From the NCBI RefSeq assembly GCF_006345805.1, contig NC_042997.1, forward strand, positions 122,636,001-122,700,000: a DNA stretch of 64,000 nt. The letters are read 5' to 3'. This DNA is from Octopus sinensis (taxonomy: Eukaryota). Shown here in pieces: positions 1-11,195 of the stretch (position 1 is its first letter; every line of letters starts with the position of its first letter). A model generated the notes under the pieces. It was not told the DNA's origin. It ran no database searches and was given only the letters and a program-made list of their open reading frames with translations. The position numbers and the translations under genes were made by a program.

Positions 1-339
1 GAAATATGTCAGGTATGCCTTTTATCAGAACTATCTTTCCATATTTACTTAAAATATATAAGGTAAAAAATATTGCTTTATTACTCGACAGCAACTTGAA
101 TTTCAAGAGTTAAACTTAATTCAAAGCAAGAGTGATAGAAAGCTAAAGCCCCTTATTAAATTTTGACATGTTTCTGCCTGGCGGCTTATTAGATTGTGCA
201 TATATGAACAAGGAGTGGGAGATGGAAGCGACTATTTCCATGCATGTTGAAAATAGATGCTATAATTAAACCTCTATAATTCACCTAGATACGAAAAATG
301 CTGTCAGCAGGTGAGACGAAAATAATATTATTTTAAAAA

Positions 340-815
340 ATTACTGTGACATAATAAGTGTTCTATTGTTGAGTAGTGTTCCACAGGGCACTGTGTGGGG
401 ATCACTGCTTTTCGTAGTGGCCCTCACAGATATGGCCTCATTTTCACAGTTAGCCAACCTTGCTAGCTACGCAGACAATACAAAAGTCTCGCAGAAAATA
501 CAAAACCCTAGCGACTTTGCACGCTTGCAGCAGGAGCTGGACTCAATTTGCAGATGGACTGGTGATAATAATATGCAGTTCAATGAAACCTCTATAATTC
601 TCCATGATATATAAAAAGCTGTCAGAGGCTGAGGCGAAGAGAATATTTTGGATCACTTCCTGTCGAGAGTCCTAGATAAAACTACCTAGTGGCAGGAGAC
701 GCAAATAAGTGTAGCGACATCACCAAATATCATCTATCAGAGGAGACGCTCAATAATAGAAGAGTAGCAAAACAGTGGTGCCCCAGCTTGCCCACATATA
801 TCAGCTGATACTTAT

Positions 816-884
<69 letters not shown>

Positions 885-1550
885 GAGAGAGAGAGAGAGA
901 GAAAGAGAAAGAGAGAGAGAGAGAGAGGAGAAAGAGAGAGAGAGAATTCAGTTTAATGGTGAAAACTTCCAAGCCTTGCATCTACCAGCGTGCAAAACTG
1001 AATATATGACTTACAGGGTCCACTGGTCCACGGGGAATTACAATCCCAGATTCTAAATCAGTAATTGACATGTGTATCGACATGAGTGATGATACCTCTT
1101 TCCAAGTGCACATTGCCAGAATGGCGACAAAGTGCAGACAACTGGATGGATGGATCCTGAGAACATTCAGTACTAAAGATAAAGAAACCATGATGGTCAT
1201 TTGATGGGCATTCGGCCACAGCCGCCTGGATTACTGCTCCCTGTTATGGTCAACCAACAGCGTAAAATTAGCAGCGGAACTTGAATCAATCCAGTATTGA
1301 AAGCTACCCTAATGCCAAAATGGGTCGACACTGCATAGTGCCAAACATCCCAAGAATGCCATCGCGTTTCAGGACTAGTTACTGCACCAGCCTGTGTTTC
1401 AGGGGCCCACAGCTTTTTAATATTGTCCTAAAGAACCTTAAGAACCTGCACAAAGTATATGTAGGTTTTTTTAAATCAAGGCTGGACCTCCTTCTGTCGA
1501 GAGTCCCAGATGAACCTACCACACGGCAGCGCCGGACGCGAACGAGCTAC
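340..1550 (+). mobile_element. Degenerate CR1-type LINE reverse transcriptase fragment, interrupted at ~590-945
   Basis: SSVPQGTVWGSLLF...SYADNTK...NNMQFN (366-590) resumes as QFNGENFQAL (~946), then RLDYCSLLWS and FRGPQLFN...LDLLLSRVPDEP motifs; clearly homologous to the copy at 15253-17390. Confidence 0.9.
805..945. repeat. (TA)n-(GA)n compound microsatellite
   Basis: Direct reading. Confidence 0.95.
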
Positions 1551-1616
1551 TGACGACGACTTCACGCTGCCGCGCTGCCGGAAAAGCACTATACATACAT
1601 ACATATATACATACAA

Positions 1617-1677
<61 letters not shown>

Positions 1678-2269
1678 TATATATATATATGAATATGTAT
1701 ATACATATATAGTTTACTGCTCCAGGTGTATATATATACATACACACAAACACACATTAATAAAAAAAAAAAGGATAGACAACTTCATGCTGAAGTACCT
1801 ACGTGCGTTTCAACGCTATGGCTTTTCGGAGATCTGCGATGGATGTTTCAAATGTTTATAGACGTCCACTCACAATCAATTTTCAGAGAACACTTTCTTG
1901 TGTCAAATTACAGATATCTATGGACATTTTATCGTATCAAGTTACGGATAACTTCATTTATAGTTAACTGTAACTTGATATAATAATGTGTTGTTTGTGG
2001 AAGTTTTGACATTGAGCATCTGTGTGGTTTTCGAGCATATTATGTACGGCTACAAAGAACATTAATGCTGAAATTCACGTACACGATTTAATATAAAATT
2101 ACGTTTATCCTATGTTTCCTATGTTTGATCTGTAGCCGATATCTGCTAATACTATTCAGTATAGCACTTAATTAACAAAGATTTAGAAAATAGAGTGGAT
2201 TATGGAAGTGTACGTGAAGCTCTAAAGACATTTGCTGTCCTGCACCTGCTTCTAACATAATTTCCCTTC

Positions 2270-2322
<53 letters not shown>

Positions 2323-2323
<1 letters not shown>

Positions 2324-2479
2324 TTTTCCTCTCCTTGTTTTCTGTGTCCCTTTCTGTAGAAGAGCGTAGGCTCGAAACGTAAAAGACTTTTTTCTATCCT
2401 TGAGCGTTATACTAATACATCTGTTTGTTTTGTATACCACCTGTCTTCGTCTTTTGTCGTTTTTTCGAAAACTCTCCCT
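2323..2479 (+). mobile_element. Short (TA)n-embedded repeat carrying a minimal hammerhead-like motif (family A)
   Basis: Homologous to 8981-9186, 48012-48223, 3603-3850(-), 17478-17600(-), 41490-41585(-). Confidence 0.8.
2350..2386 (+). ncRNA. Minimal type I hammerhead-like motif, variant core CUGUAGA
   Basis: CTTT-CTGTAGA-A-GAGC-GTAG-GCTC-GAAAC-GTA-AAAG. Confidence 0.55.
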
Positions 2480-2516
2480 ATATATATATATATATATTAT
2501 ATATATATATATATAT

Positions 2517-2805
2517 GGAGGCGCAATGACCCAGTGGTTAGGGCAATGGACTCGCGGTTGTAGGATCGTGGTTTCGATTGCCAGACCGGGCATTGTGAGC
2601 GAAAACACCTAAAGCTCCATGTTGCTCCGGCAAGAGGGGTGGCGATATCTGTTGTACTCTTTCGTCACAACTTTCTCTCACTCTTTGGCCTGCTCGCTTA
2701 GCCCGTGGGGGTGGCGTCATTTCATGGTTAAAACAATTCGAAGCGCATTGTGACCACGATGTGTTGCTACTTCTGATAGCCTGTCGGTCACAGTGATCAC
2801 GGTGA
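2517..2805 (+). mobile_element. tRNA-derived SINE
   Basis: GGAGGCGCAATGACCCAGTGG (A box) ... GGTTTCGATTGCC (B box); body shares ACTCTTTCGTCACAACTTTCTCTCAC-like block with 6790-7050(-). Confidence 0.85.
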
Positions 2806-2879
2806 TATATATATATATATTATAATATAATATATATATGTGGTGTTGTTATACATATATATATTGTGTATTTATATTA

Positions 2880-2924
<45 letters not shown>

Positions 2925-2925
<1 letters not shown>

Positions 2926-3152
2926 TTCTTTACTACCCACAAGGGTCTAAACACAGAAGGACAAACAAGGACAGACAAAGGTATTAAGTCGATTACATCG
3001 ACCCCAGTGCGTAAAAGGTACTTAATTTATCGACCCCAAATGAATGAAAGGCAAAGTCGACCTCGGCGGAATTTGAACTCAGAATGTAACGATAGACGAA
3101 ATACGGCTACGCATTTCGCCCAGCGTGCTAACGTTTCTGCCAGCTCGCCTTC
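2925..3152 (-). mobile_element. tRNA-derived SINE (family B, most abundant in window)
   Basis: Minus strand GAAGGCGAGCTGGCAGAAACGTTAG ... GAGTTCAAATTCCGCCGAGGTCGACTTTGCCTTTCAT. Confidence 0.85.
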
Positions 3153-3602
3153 ATATATACATGAATGTGCTTGTGTGTGTGTGTGCAACTCAAAAGGTGA
3201 AATTATATGAGAACACCTACATCACAGAAGTAAACAAGGAAAATCCTGAAAAGATTATCCACTTCACTGGATCTTGATAAATGCCAGAAGCGCACGCTAA
3301 GTTTCACGCTTGCACGTAGGTGTATTAGAAACCTAATATTCAAAGCGGGTTCTATTTCAAGCACTTTGTGCACTTTTACTTGATTACACCGTCCCCTTTA
3401 GAAAAGTTTGCCATAGCAACGTCGTAGTATATGGTATCAATCTTAAGGGACTATAAAGATACTATACAGAAATTCCATACGCTATGTTAAGACCTGCCAT
3501 CATACAAATATTCATTTGCCAATGGTACACATACGCGCGCGCACACACGTACACACACACACATATATGTGTATTATATATCTATTTATATATATATATA
3601 TA

Positions 3603-3850
3603 TAGTTGAAATTTACAGAAAAACAAAAGACGAAGTCGGGTATATAAACAGCAAGCAGATGTATTAGTTTAACGCTCGGGAAGGTGAGAAAATATTTTAC
3701 GTTTTACTCCTACCCTCTTCATCAGAAGAAAAACACGAGAACATAAAGAGAGAGAGAATAAAAGCTCTTTTGGAGCTAGCGGTCAATCATGTCGGCTGGA
3801 TAGTGGTAGTTCGACAAGAGAGCTTGGAAGTATGGGAGATAATAAAGTAC
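3603..3850 (-). mobile_element. Decayed family A hammerhead mini-element
   Basis: Minus strand CTGATGA-AGAG-GGTAG-GAGT-AAAACGT; canonical CUGAUGA retained, stem II and GAAA decayed. Confidence 0.65.
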
Positions 3851-3987
3851 ATATATATATATATATTAACAATTAAGGAACGGCCATAATAGGCCATTCA
3901 CCCACTAGAAATAACAGCCAAAGCTTCTACCGCAAAAAAAGATTAATTCCGTAAACAGGAGAAAATTAAAAAAACATTTACCCTGTA

Positions 3988-4094
3988 ATTTCTTGTACGG
4001 TATACCGTTTCATCCGCTGTTTAATGGTAAACTAACCTGATTAAATTAAATCAAGCCAATCCTCCATAAGCCCTCGGATTCTTCAGCAAGAAAT
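3988..4094 (-). ncRNA. Complete type I hammerhead ribozyme (copy 1)
   Basis: ATTTCTTG-CTGAAGA-ATCCG..~58 nt..CGGAT-GAAAC-GGTATACC-GTA-CAAGAAAT: 8-bp stem I, 5-bp stem II base, palindromic stem III, GUA site. Confidence 0.85.
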
Positions 4095-4477
4095 AGCTCA
4101 AGTCGGGACAGATATATACACGAGGCATACCCAATCTTGCCAAGTCAATATCTGACCTAAAATTTTCAAATCGTCGCACTCGCGCCAAATTTATCGGCAG
4201 CAAATAGATATCAGCCGTCGATTCCATTACGGAATTAACCAAAAAATTCATAATTAATCAATATAGGGTGGCAAGGAAAATTTTGTAGAATTTTATTGCC
4301 ACCAGCGGCCCAGTGGGAAAAAATTAAATAGTCATAGACCATTTTTAAGTTCAACATTAACAATTAAGGAACGGCCATAATAGGCCATTCACCCACTAGA
4401 AATAACAGCCAAGCTTCTACCGCAAAAAAAGATTAATTCCGTAAACAGGAGAAAATTAAAAAAACATTTACCCTGTA

Positions 4478-4584
4478 ATTTCTTGTACGGTATACCGTTT
4501 CATCCGCTGTTTAATGGTAAACTAACCTGATTAAATTAAATCAAGCCAATCCTCCATAAGCCCTCGGATTCTTCAGCAAGAAAT
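4478..4584 (-). ncRNA. Complete type I hammerhead ribozyme (copy 2)
   Basis: Identical to 3988-4094 at +490 offset. Confidence 0.85.
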
Positions 4585-4630
4585 AGCTCAAGTCGGGACA
4601 GATATATACACGAGGCATACCCAATCTTGC

Positions 4631-4861
4631 CAAGTCGCCGCATTAACATCAATGAGAAAATTAGCAACATACATTTATGATGAAACTGATATTTATTAAA
4701 GCAGAGAATGCTAATTTGAGACACGAATTCAATTACTAAATCGTTAAATTATTAACAAATCCTATAAAATGTAAAATAGATTTTTAAAAAAACGAGAGCA
4801 ACGTTGACATTGCTATTTAGCATATAAAGATGTTTGTTACAGTTCATGCAAATAAATACAT
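4631..4861. repeat. 231-bp direct duplication of 5384-5614
   Basis: One mismatch seen between copies. Confidence 0.9.
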
Positions 4862-4924
4862 ATATATATTGTGTGCGTGTGTGTGTGTGTGTGTGTATGT
4901 GTGTGTGTGTGCAAGCCAACCGCA

Positions 4925-5400
4925 TGCTGACAGTCTCATGCAAAAAGAACAATGTTGGTTTTAGATTTTTACAGAAGAATACCAAATTCGGAAGTGGGGA
5001 TAAATCGACTGAGTGGACGCCAGTGCTTGACTGGTACATATTTTATTGGAATTTTGAAAGGCAAAGTTGACCTCGGCGGAATTTGAATTCTAACCGTAAC
5101 GACGGACAAAATGTCGCCATGCATTTTGCTCGACGAGCTTATTCTTTAGCCAGTTCACCGTCTTCACATAAATAAAAACACTGATTTCAAATTTTGGCGC
5201 AGGAGCAGCAGTCACGGTGAGAGTGGGTGTACTGATTACCTCTACCTCGGTGCTCAACTGATACTTATTTTATCGACCTCGATTTGATGAAAGATAAAGT
5301 CGACCTCCGTGGAATTTGAACTCAGAACATAAAGACGGTCAAATTGCCGCTAAGCATTTTCCTCAGCGTACTACCCATGTTGACAAGTCGCCGCATTAAC
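4925..5400 (-). mobile_element. Two head-to-tail family B SINEs
   Basis: Two GTCGACCTC(G/C)G(C/T)GGAATTTGAA-type blocks at ~5067 and ~5298. Confidence 0.75.
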
Positions 5401-5759
5401 ATCAATGAGAAAATTAGCAACATACATTTATGATGAAACTGATATTTATTAAAGCAGAGAATGCTAATTTGAGACACGAATTCAATTACTAAATCGTTAA
5501 ATTATTAACAAATCCTATAAAATGTAAAATAGATTTTTAAAAAAACGAGAGCAACGTTGACATTGCTATTTAGCATATAAAGATGTTTGTTACGGTTCAT
5601 GCAAATAAATACATTTTTTAAAAGAAATATGTAAAATACATCAAGTAGCTTATCTAGTACATACCTTTTTTAAAGCTTTCTCTTAGGGAATTCTGAATTC
5701 GTATATCTTCGTTTATTATGCATCATTTTCTTTTCAAAGAATTAAACGTTGTTTGGATT

Positions 5760-6025
5760 GCAAACCACATGGTCTTAGTTCTATTCTGGTTACGTGGCAC
5801 CTTAGGAAAGAGTCCTCTACTAAACGCCACCTCTTGTCAACGGGTTTTCGTATCTACATCTACCGCCATAACTAGCGTTTCGGTTCAATAGACCGATAGA
5901 ATAAGTACCCGGTTAAAAAATTTTAAAATAAATATTGTGTTCGATTTATTCGACTAAAAATGCTTCAGGCTGGTGCCCCAGCATGACTGCAATCTAATGA
6001 CTGATAAACAGTACAAGATAAAAGT
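5760..6025 (+). mobile_element. Degenerate SINE (family C) with LINE-like tail
   Basis: Head AACCACATGG..GTGGCACCTTAGG; tail GACCGATAGAATAAGTAC..GGTGCCCCAGCATGACTGC. Confidence 0.7.
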
Positions 6026-6789
6026 TAAGACATAACGATCTAATACATTATTAACGTTAACATTTAACTTGGTTTCATCAACAAAACTATAAGGTTATTA
6101 TTATAACATAAGTTTGTACTGACGAATATTTGTTTCTTCGTTGAACATTATGATAAAACATCAAGTTGAATGATTAAATCCTAAAAATTTCGGAAATGTA
6201 TTCCAAAAGTGTTTCTGTGCATATCACTTGCCAGTGCATACTAAGAATTATCTAGTCCATGTATTGCAACACTTCGTATCGAACCTCGATTAACAATATA
6301 AAATGTATAATAATGCTAAATTCTTGTTATCACTTGCACGTATTCACCTTTTTATATAAATCTAGAAAACATTCTTAAGTTGGTGTTCGGCTGTTTGCAG
6401 TGTCTTTTAATCCGTCTGCGTCTATGATTGATGGAGCTGTGAAAACATTTTGCTTTAAATTCAGACGCTGATATTTAGCACGTAGAAATATCATTTATTC
6501 TTATTTATAAAATGTGTTTCATGTAACTTCCTTTTTCCTTTGCATTGTTGATGGATTAAAGATTGCTGAACGCATGTAATGAGGTAAACAGGTTTTAAAT
6601 GAGAAAAAAGGATAAACCATCATTTATATTTTATAAGTGTGTAAAATGTAGAGCAGCTTCGTTGGCTGCATGTTTCCTGCATCTGATTGTTTCTTATTTG
6701 TAAGATAATCGATGAAGTAAGTTTCGGAATGTTTTGCATGCATAGGAATTTCATCATCATCATAATCCTTTAGAAAGAATAGTTGTTTG

Positions 6790-7050
6790 TTCCTTCTCGA
6801 GCCAAACCTGGCTTCTAAGGGCCGGTTTCCCGGTTTTCCCCCACCACGACGGAACGCCGGTCCGTCGCAGGTGAGCTGCAATATGCAGGAGGAAAGAGTG
6901 AGAGAAAGTTGTGGCGAAAGAGTCAGCAGATGTTCGCCATTACCTTCTGCCGGAGCCACGTGTAGCTCAGGTGATTCGCTCATAAACACACACATTTCCA
7001 AGTCTGAGATTCGAACCGGCGATCCCCGCCTCCACGAACGCATAGCGGAA
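6790..7050 (-). mobile_element. Degenerate tRNA-derived SINE
   Basis: Minus-strand GGTTCGAATCTC B box; tail AAGGGCCGGTTTCCCGG shared with 43758-44011. Confidence 0.7.
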
Positions 7051-7249
7051 CTTAATTTAAATATTTGGTTTAATTATCAATCATGTATGGAATCACTGAA
7101 TCATTTCTGCCACCCAACCATCAAAATATTAGGAGAAACATTTTTTTTTTATGTTGACTATCAAATGTGGAACATACAAACTTCTTTGCAAAATACTTCT
7201 ATTAATTTCTATTGTATCAGAATAAATTTTTACCAAAATGACAACATGC

Positions 7250-7687
7250 AGATCTTTTCGGTTTGAACGGCAGTTTTTTTAAAATAATTTCCACGTAACT
7301 AAACACTTTTAAACTTCGTATACTGGTAGCATGTTTTTATAAAACATCTTTTTTCTCTTGGCTTTATTGAGAAACTTCTATAGTTTGCAAGATATTTGTT
7401 GTTTTTTTCTTCTTCAATTTCTGCAATTTCAACCAATCAATGACGTCTATTGAGGTGAAAACATTCTGTGCCGTATGAATATGTCCCTCGTTTAAGAAAC
7501 AGATTGAGTTTATTTACATTTCTGAAGGAAAAAAGATACCCTTTCCCTACCCCTAACTCTAAACTTAACCCTAACCCTAACCCTAAAACAGATTGAAATG
7601 CAATAGATCGATACTAGGGTCATAATTATGGGTGACAATTTCATATGACACCGCTAGAAAAAACTGCCGTTCAAACCGAAAAGATCC
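7250..7687. mobile_element. MITE with 29-bp TIRs, degenerate 8-bp TSD and (TAACCC)n tract
   Basis: GATCTTTTCGGTTTGAACGGCAGTTTTTT at 7251-7279 and its exact reverse complement at 7658-7686; flanks CAACATGC/CAATATAC; CCCTAA repeats ~7550-7585. Confidence 0.85.
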
Positions 7688-8949
7688 CAATATACTTTTT
7701 TCCAGATAGGGAAAATATGATTGACAGTTGTTCAAAATATGATAAGTATTGAAACATCTGTATATAATACCCATTAATTCTCTCTTTAAAGTAAAGCACT
7801 TCAGTTTTGATTGAAACAAAACAACAGATTACTAATATTCATTTAGTGCATGTAGAATAGTTATTTAAACTGATATGGGTGGGTGATGTAAATTTAAAGA
7901 CATTAAAATTACCTTTAACCCTAATCCCCGTAAAATACACTTTGACCAAATCTACAAACAGGTTAAGTTACCAAAACGTAGGTGTACATAATTTAATTTG
8001 CATTGTATTTGTCAACGTCGATTTGAAATCATACTGGAATCCTCGTTCACATTTATCATTCCAAAACCCTTCAAATATTATCAATAAAATACCCAAATTA
8101 AACAACATTCACAAACTCTATTATCGCGTGCCTATATATGAAATAGAAAGGGAGTCAAATATATTCATTGGTTGACCCCCGATTAAATTTGAATTCACAA
8201 CGTAAAGCTGAATGAAACGCCGCTAAACAATTCTCCCGGCCTGCTAACGGCTCTGTCGCCCTGTCGTCTTCACCTATTTAATGATTAGATATATATTCTT
8301 ATACCCAATTAGATTCTCAGATCAAATCCCGACTTAATTTGTTTCAGATTTCTATTGCGTCTCACATGAATAAAAAAGAAATTAGAAAGTAGATACTAAA
8401 AATCAATCGACTTTATTTTTTTTTTCTTTAGATATATTACTTTTAAGTAGAGTTTCTATTGACGTTTATTAGAGCTGTCAGTGAAATTACTTTTCAATAC
8501 TGATTTGGAGGGTTGTGAACAAAACCTTACATCTATAAATATATCCTACACTTCATTTATCTCTTTTAAAAAAAGACATTTTATGTAATTGGACTTCCTA
8601 ATATCTAAAAGGCGGGAAATTAGATTCTGTGTATCATGTTATTTTCATGTAGAATTTGAAATTATATAAAAGAAAATTGGAGTATATATTAGCGGAAACA
8701 TTTTCTTTATACGACAATACACTTGGTAGATATTTGTGTAATGATTTTACATTATCATGGCCTGAAGACAGTGTAAGTAAAGACGGTTGAATTTCTATCA
8801 GTTGATTAAATAAATATTTCACTGGATCGAGAGTTTTACGTTTAAGTTTAACCCTGTTTATTTTACATCAGAGCTTAGAAAAGTAGGTATACTTCGGATA
8901 TATATGCTTTTCAGATCTGTACCGCTTTGTTACATATCGCTGCCATATT

Positions 8950-8980
<31 letters not shown>

Positions 8981-8985
<5 letters not shown>

Positions 8986-9186
8986 ATTCGTTAGCTACTG
9001 CACGCATGTTTTTTCTCTCCTTCTTTCTGTGTTTTTCTCTCTCTGTGTATCTTTCTGTTGAAGAGCGTAGGCTCGAAACGTTAAAGACTTGTTTTATTTA
9101 TATTTCCTGAGCGCCATACTAATACAATTGTTCGTTTGTTTTCCACCTGCCTTCGTCTTTTGTTTATTTTCATAAAGCTTCCCGTT
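8981..9186 (+). mobile_element. Family A hammerhead mini-element (young copy)
   Basis: Near-identical to 48012-48223; both lie between (TA)n tracts. Confidence 0.85.
9050..9087 (+). ncRNA. Minimal type I hammerhead-like motif, variant core CUGUUGA
   Basis: TCTTT-CTGTTGA-A-GAGC-GTAG-GCTC-GAAAC-GTT-AAAGA. Confidence 0.6.
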
Positions 9187-9271
9187 ATATATATATATAT
9201 ATGTAGGTCCCGGGTTGATTCGGGGTTAACCACAGTAAATAAGGTACTCAATACATAGCAGAGTAAAATTA

Positions 9272-9406
9272 ATTTATTATATAGAAGGAGCTTCTACAGG
9301 ACTAGAACTGTTTCATTCAAGAGAAATCTTCAGGAAGATTTCTCCTGAAGATTTCTCTTGAATGAAACAGTTCTAGTCCTGTAGAAGCCCCTTCTATATA
9401 ATAAAT
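9272..9406. repeat. 64-bp-arm near-perfect inverted repeat containing a hammerhead core
   Basis: Arms 9272-9335 and 9343-9406, one mismatch, 7-nt loop; CTGAAGA..GAAAC..GTC in each arm. Confidence 0.9.
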
Positions 9407-9647
9407 ATATATATATATATATTTGAGTTGACAAAGAAATAAATGATTATCGTATAAACTTCATTAGCTTACTGCCGTTGCTGCTATAAGATGCAGTGAA
9501 CCCAAACTTGAGTGAGTGAATAACAGATTATTGCTTCATCGGAGCTTCGAATATGAAATAAAATATATTTCGGAAAGAATTGCATTAAGTATCGACATGT
9601 GTGTATGTGTGCGAGCGCGTTTGTAGGTGTCTGTGTGTGTTTGTGTG

Positions 9648-9680
<33 letters not shown>

Positions 9681-9982
9681 TTGTGTGTGTCTGTGTGTCT
9701 GTGTGTTTGTGTGTTTAAGGTATAGCCTTAACTCAGGTTTATTTCTTATAGATGTCCATTTAATAAAAATAAATACAGCAGTAGATGTTCCAGCCGTGAA
9801 AATTATGTATTCATAGGGTTATATTAGAATACATTTAAAACGAATATTTGGAAATTATGACATACAAAGATGAGATGAGAAGGAATGTGGCTGCTGTTTC
9901 GAGAAGTTGGCTCATACGATTTTTGCTCAAGATGTTTTGTACATAGGGGAAGAAATTTTTTTACTGTGCCATTTATAATAAT

Positions 9983-10645
9983 CTTTTTCTACAATAGGCA
10001 CAAGGCATGACATTTTAGGGAAAGGGACACTCAGCTACATCAATCCCGGAGCAATTTCCTCAACTCCGAGAGGATAAAAGGCAACGTCGACCCCCGTGGA
10101 ATTTGAATGCTAAACATGAACACCGATGAAATGCCGCTAATTACATAGTGTGGCGTGTTAACCATTTTGCCAGCACACCACCCCTGGGATTTTCACTACA
10201 TTGGTTTGAAATTTTGTCACAACATTAGTAATTTAAGAAGATAGAGGGTAAGCGGATTACATCGATTCTGGTGCGCAGCTGATGCTTATTTTGTCGACCT
10301 CGAAAGGATGAAATGTAATGTCAATCTCGTAAGAATTTGAACGTAAAAACTTACGAAAAGCCGCTAAGTATTTTGCTCGGCGTGCTAAGGAGTCTGCCAG
10401 CACGACTCCTTATACGCCATCCATATATTTGGTTTTAAATTTCGGCACAAAGCTAGCAGTTTTGAGAGAGATGCTAAATCAATCAAATCGATCTCAGTTC
10501 TCATCTGGACCTTATTTTATCGCCGCTTACATGACGAAAGGTGAAGTCGACTCCGACGGCATTTGAACTCACAAAACGGGAAGTCGGATAAAATGACGCT
10601 AAGCATTTCCCCCGGTACCGTAACGGTTCAACCAGCTCACCACCC
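9983..10645 (-). mobile_element. Three diverged head-to-tail family B SINEs
   Basis: Three GTCGAC..GGAATTTGAA-type blocks at ~230-bp spacing. Confidence 0.75.
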
Positions 10646-11135
10646 ATATGCCATTCATAATATTTCCCAAAGCATTAACTTCTAAACGCATAATAAACAT
10701 ATAAGAAACACTAATCTGAAATCATTTTGTCATGGTTTAAAACTTAGCTTTTCCTTCAACAGATACATTAATTAAATTTTTAAGAATGGCATTTTAAGTA
10801 TAAATTACTAAAAATGTTTTATTGTCGGACTTCGATGAAACGTATTTATATCATATATTCTTATTTTCTCTTCAACTTAAATCGATGCAATAATACATTT
10901 TATTATCAAACATATCTTTGATAACAAAGAAATGCTGAAAATATGAAATGCCGTATTTTCAAGGCAATTAGATAAAATTTATTTTAATTAGATATTTATC
11001 CTGAAATGATTATTTAGTTTCCTTAGAAAATATGAACATATAATTTTAATGTAGTTACGGAATTTATGGAATTATAACTGAATTAACGCCAGATGAGAAT
11101 AAATTTAATACACGTACTCATTCGTGAGCACAAAC

Positions 11136-11195
<60 letters not shown>

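Larger units (their letters stand above)
3865..4636 (-). mobile_element. Partial tandem (~490-bp period) retrozyme/PLE-terminal-like repeat with two hammerheads
   Basis: 3865-4146 repeated at 4356-4636 (one 1-bp indel seen); 3' end on minus strand abuts (TA)n. Confidence 0.8.

Noticed and set aside
2517-2590. tRNA genes at SINE heads (also ~43940-44011, ~41745)
   Set aside because: A/B boxes present but no acceptor-stem closure or cloverleaf, and they continue into SINE bodies
4051-4251. 66-aa ORF ending NPRAYGGLA as LINE GGLGL motif; similar LPFHQRGL ORF at 23382-23777
   Set aside because: Isolated short motif with no surrounding RT similarity; overlaps ribozyme-bearing non-coding repeats
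3865-4636. Direct repeats as CRISPR arrays or LTR pairs (also 24928-25719)
   Set aside because: Eukaryotic context, no repeat-spacer periodicity, no TG..CA ends, PBS or gag/pol
7550-7585. (TAACCC)n here and (TTAGGG)n at ~51078-51100 as interstitial telomeres
   Set aside because: Only 3-4 hexamers, and both lie inside copies of one MITE family
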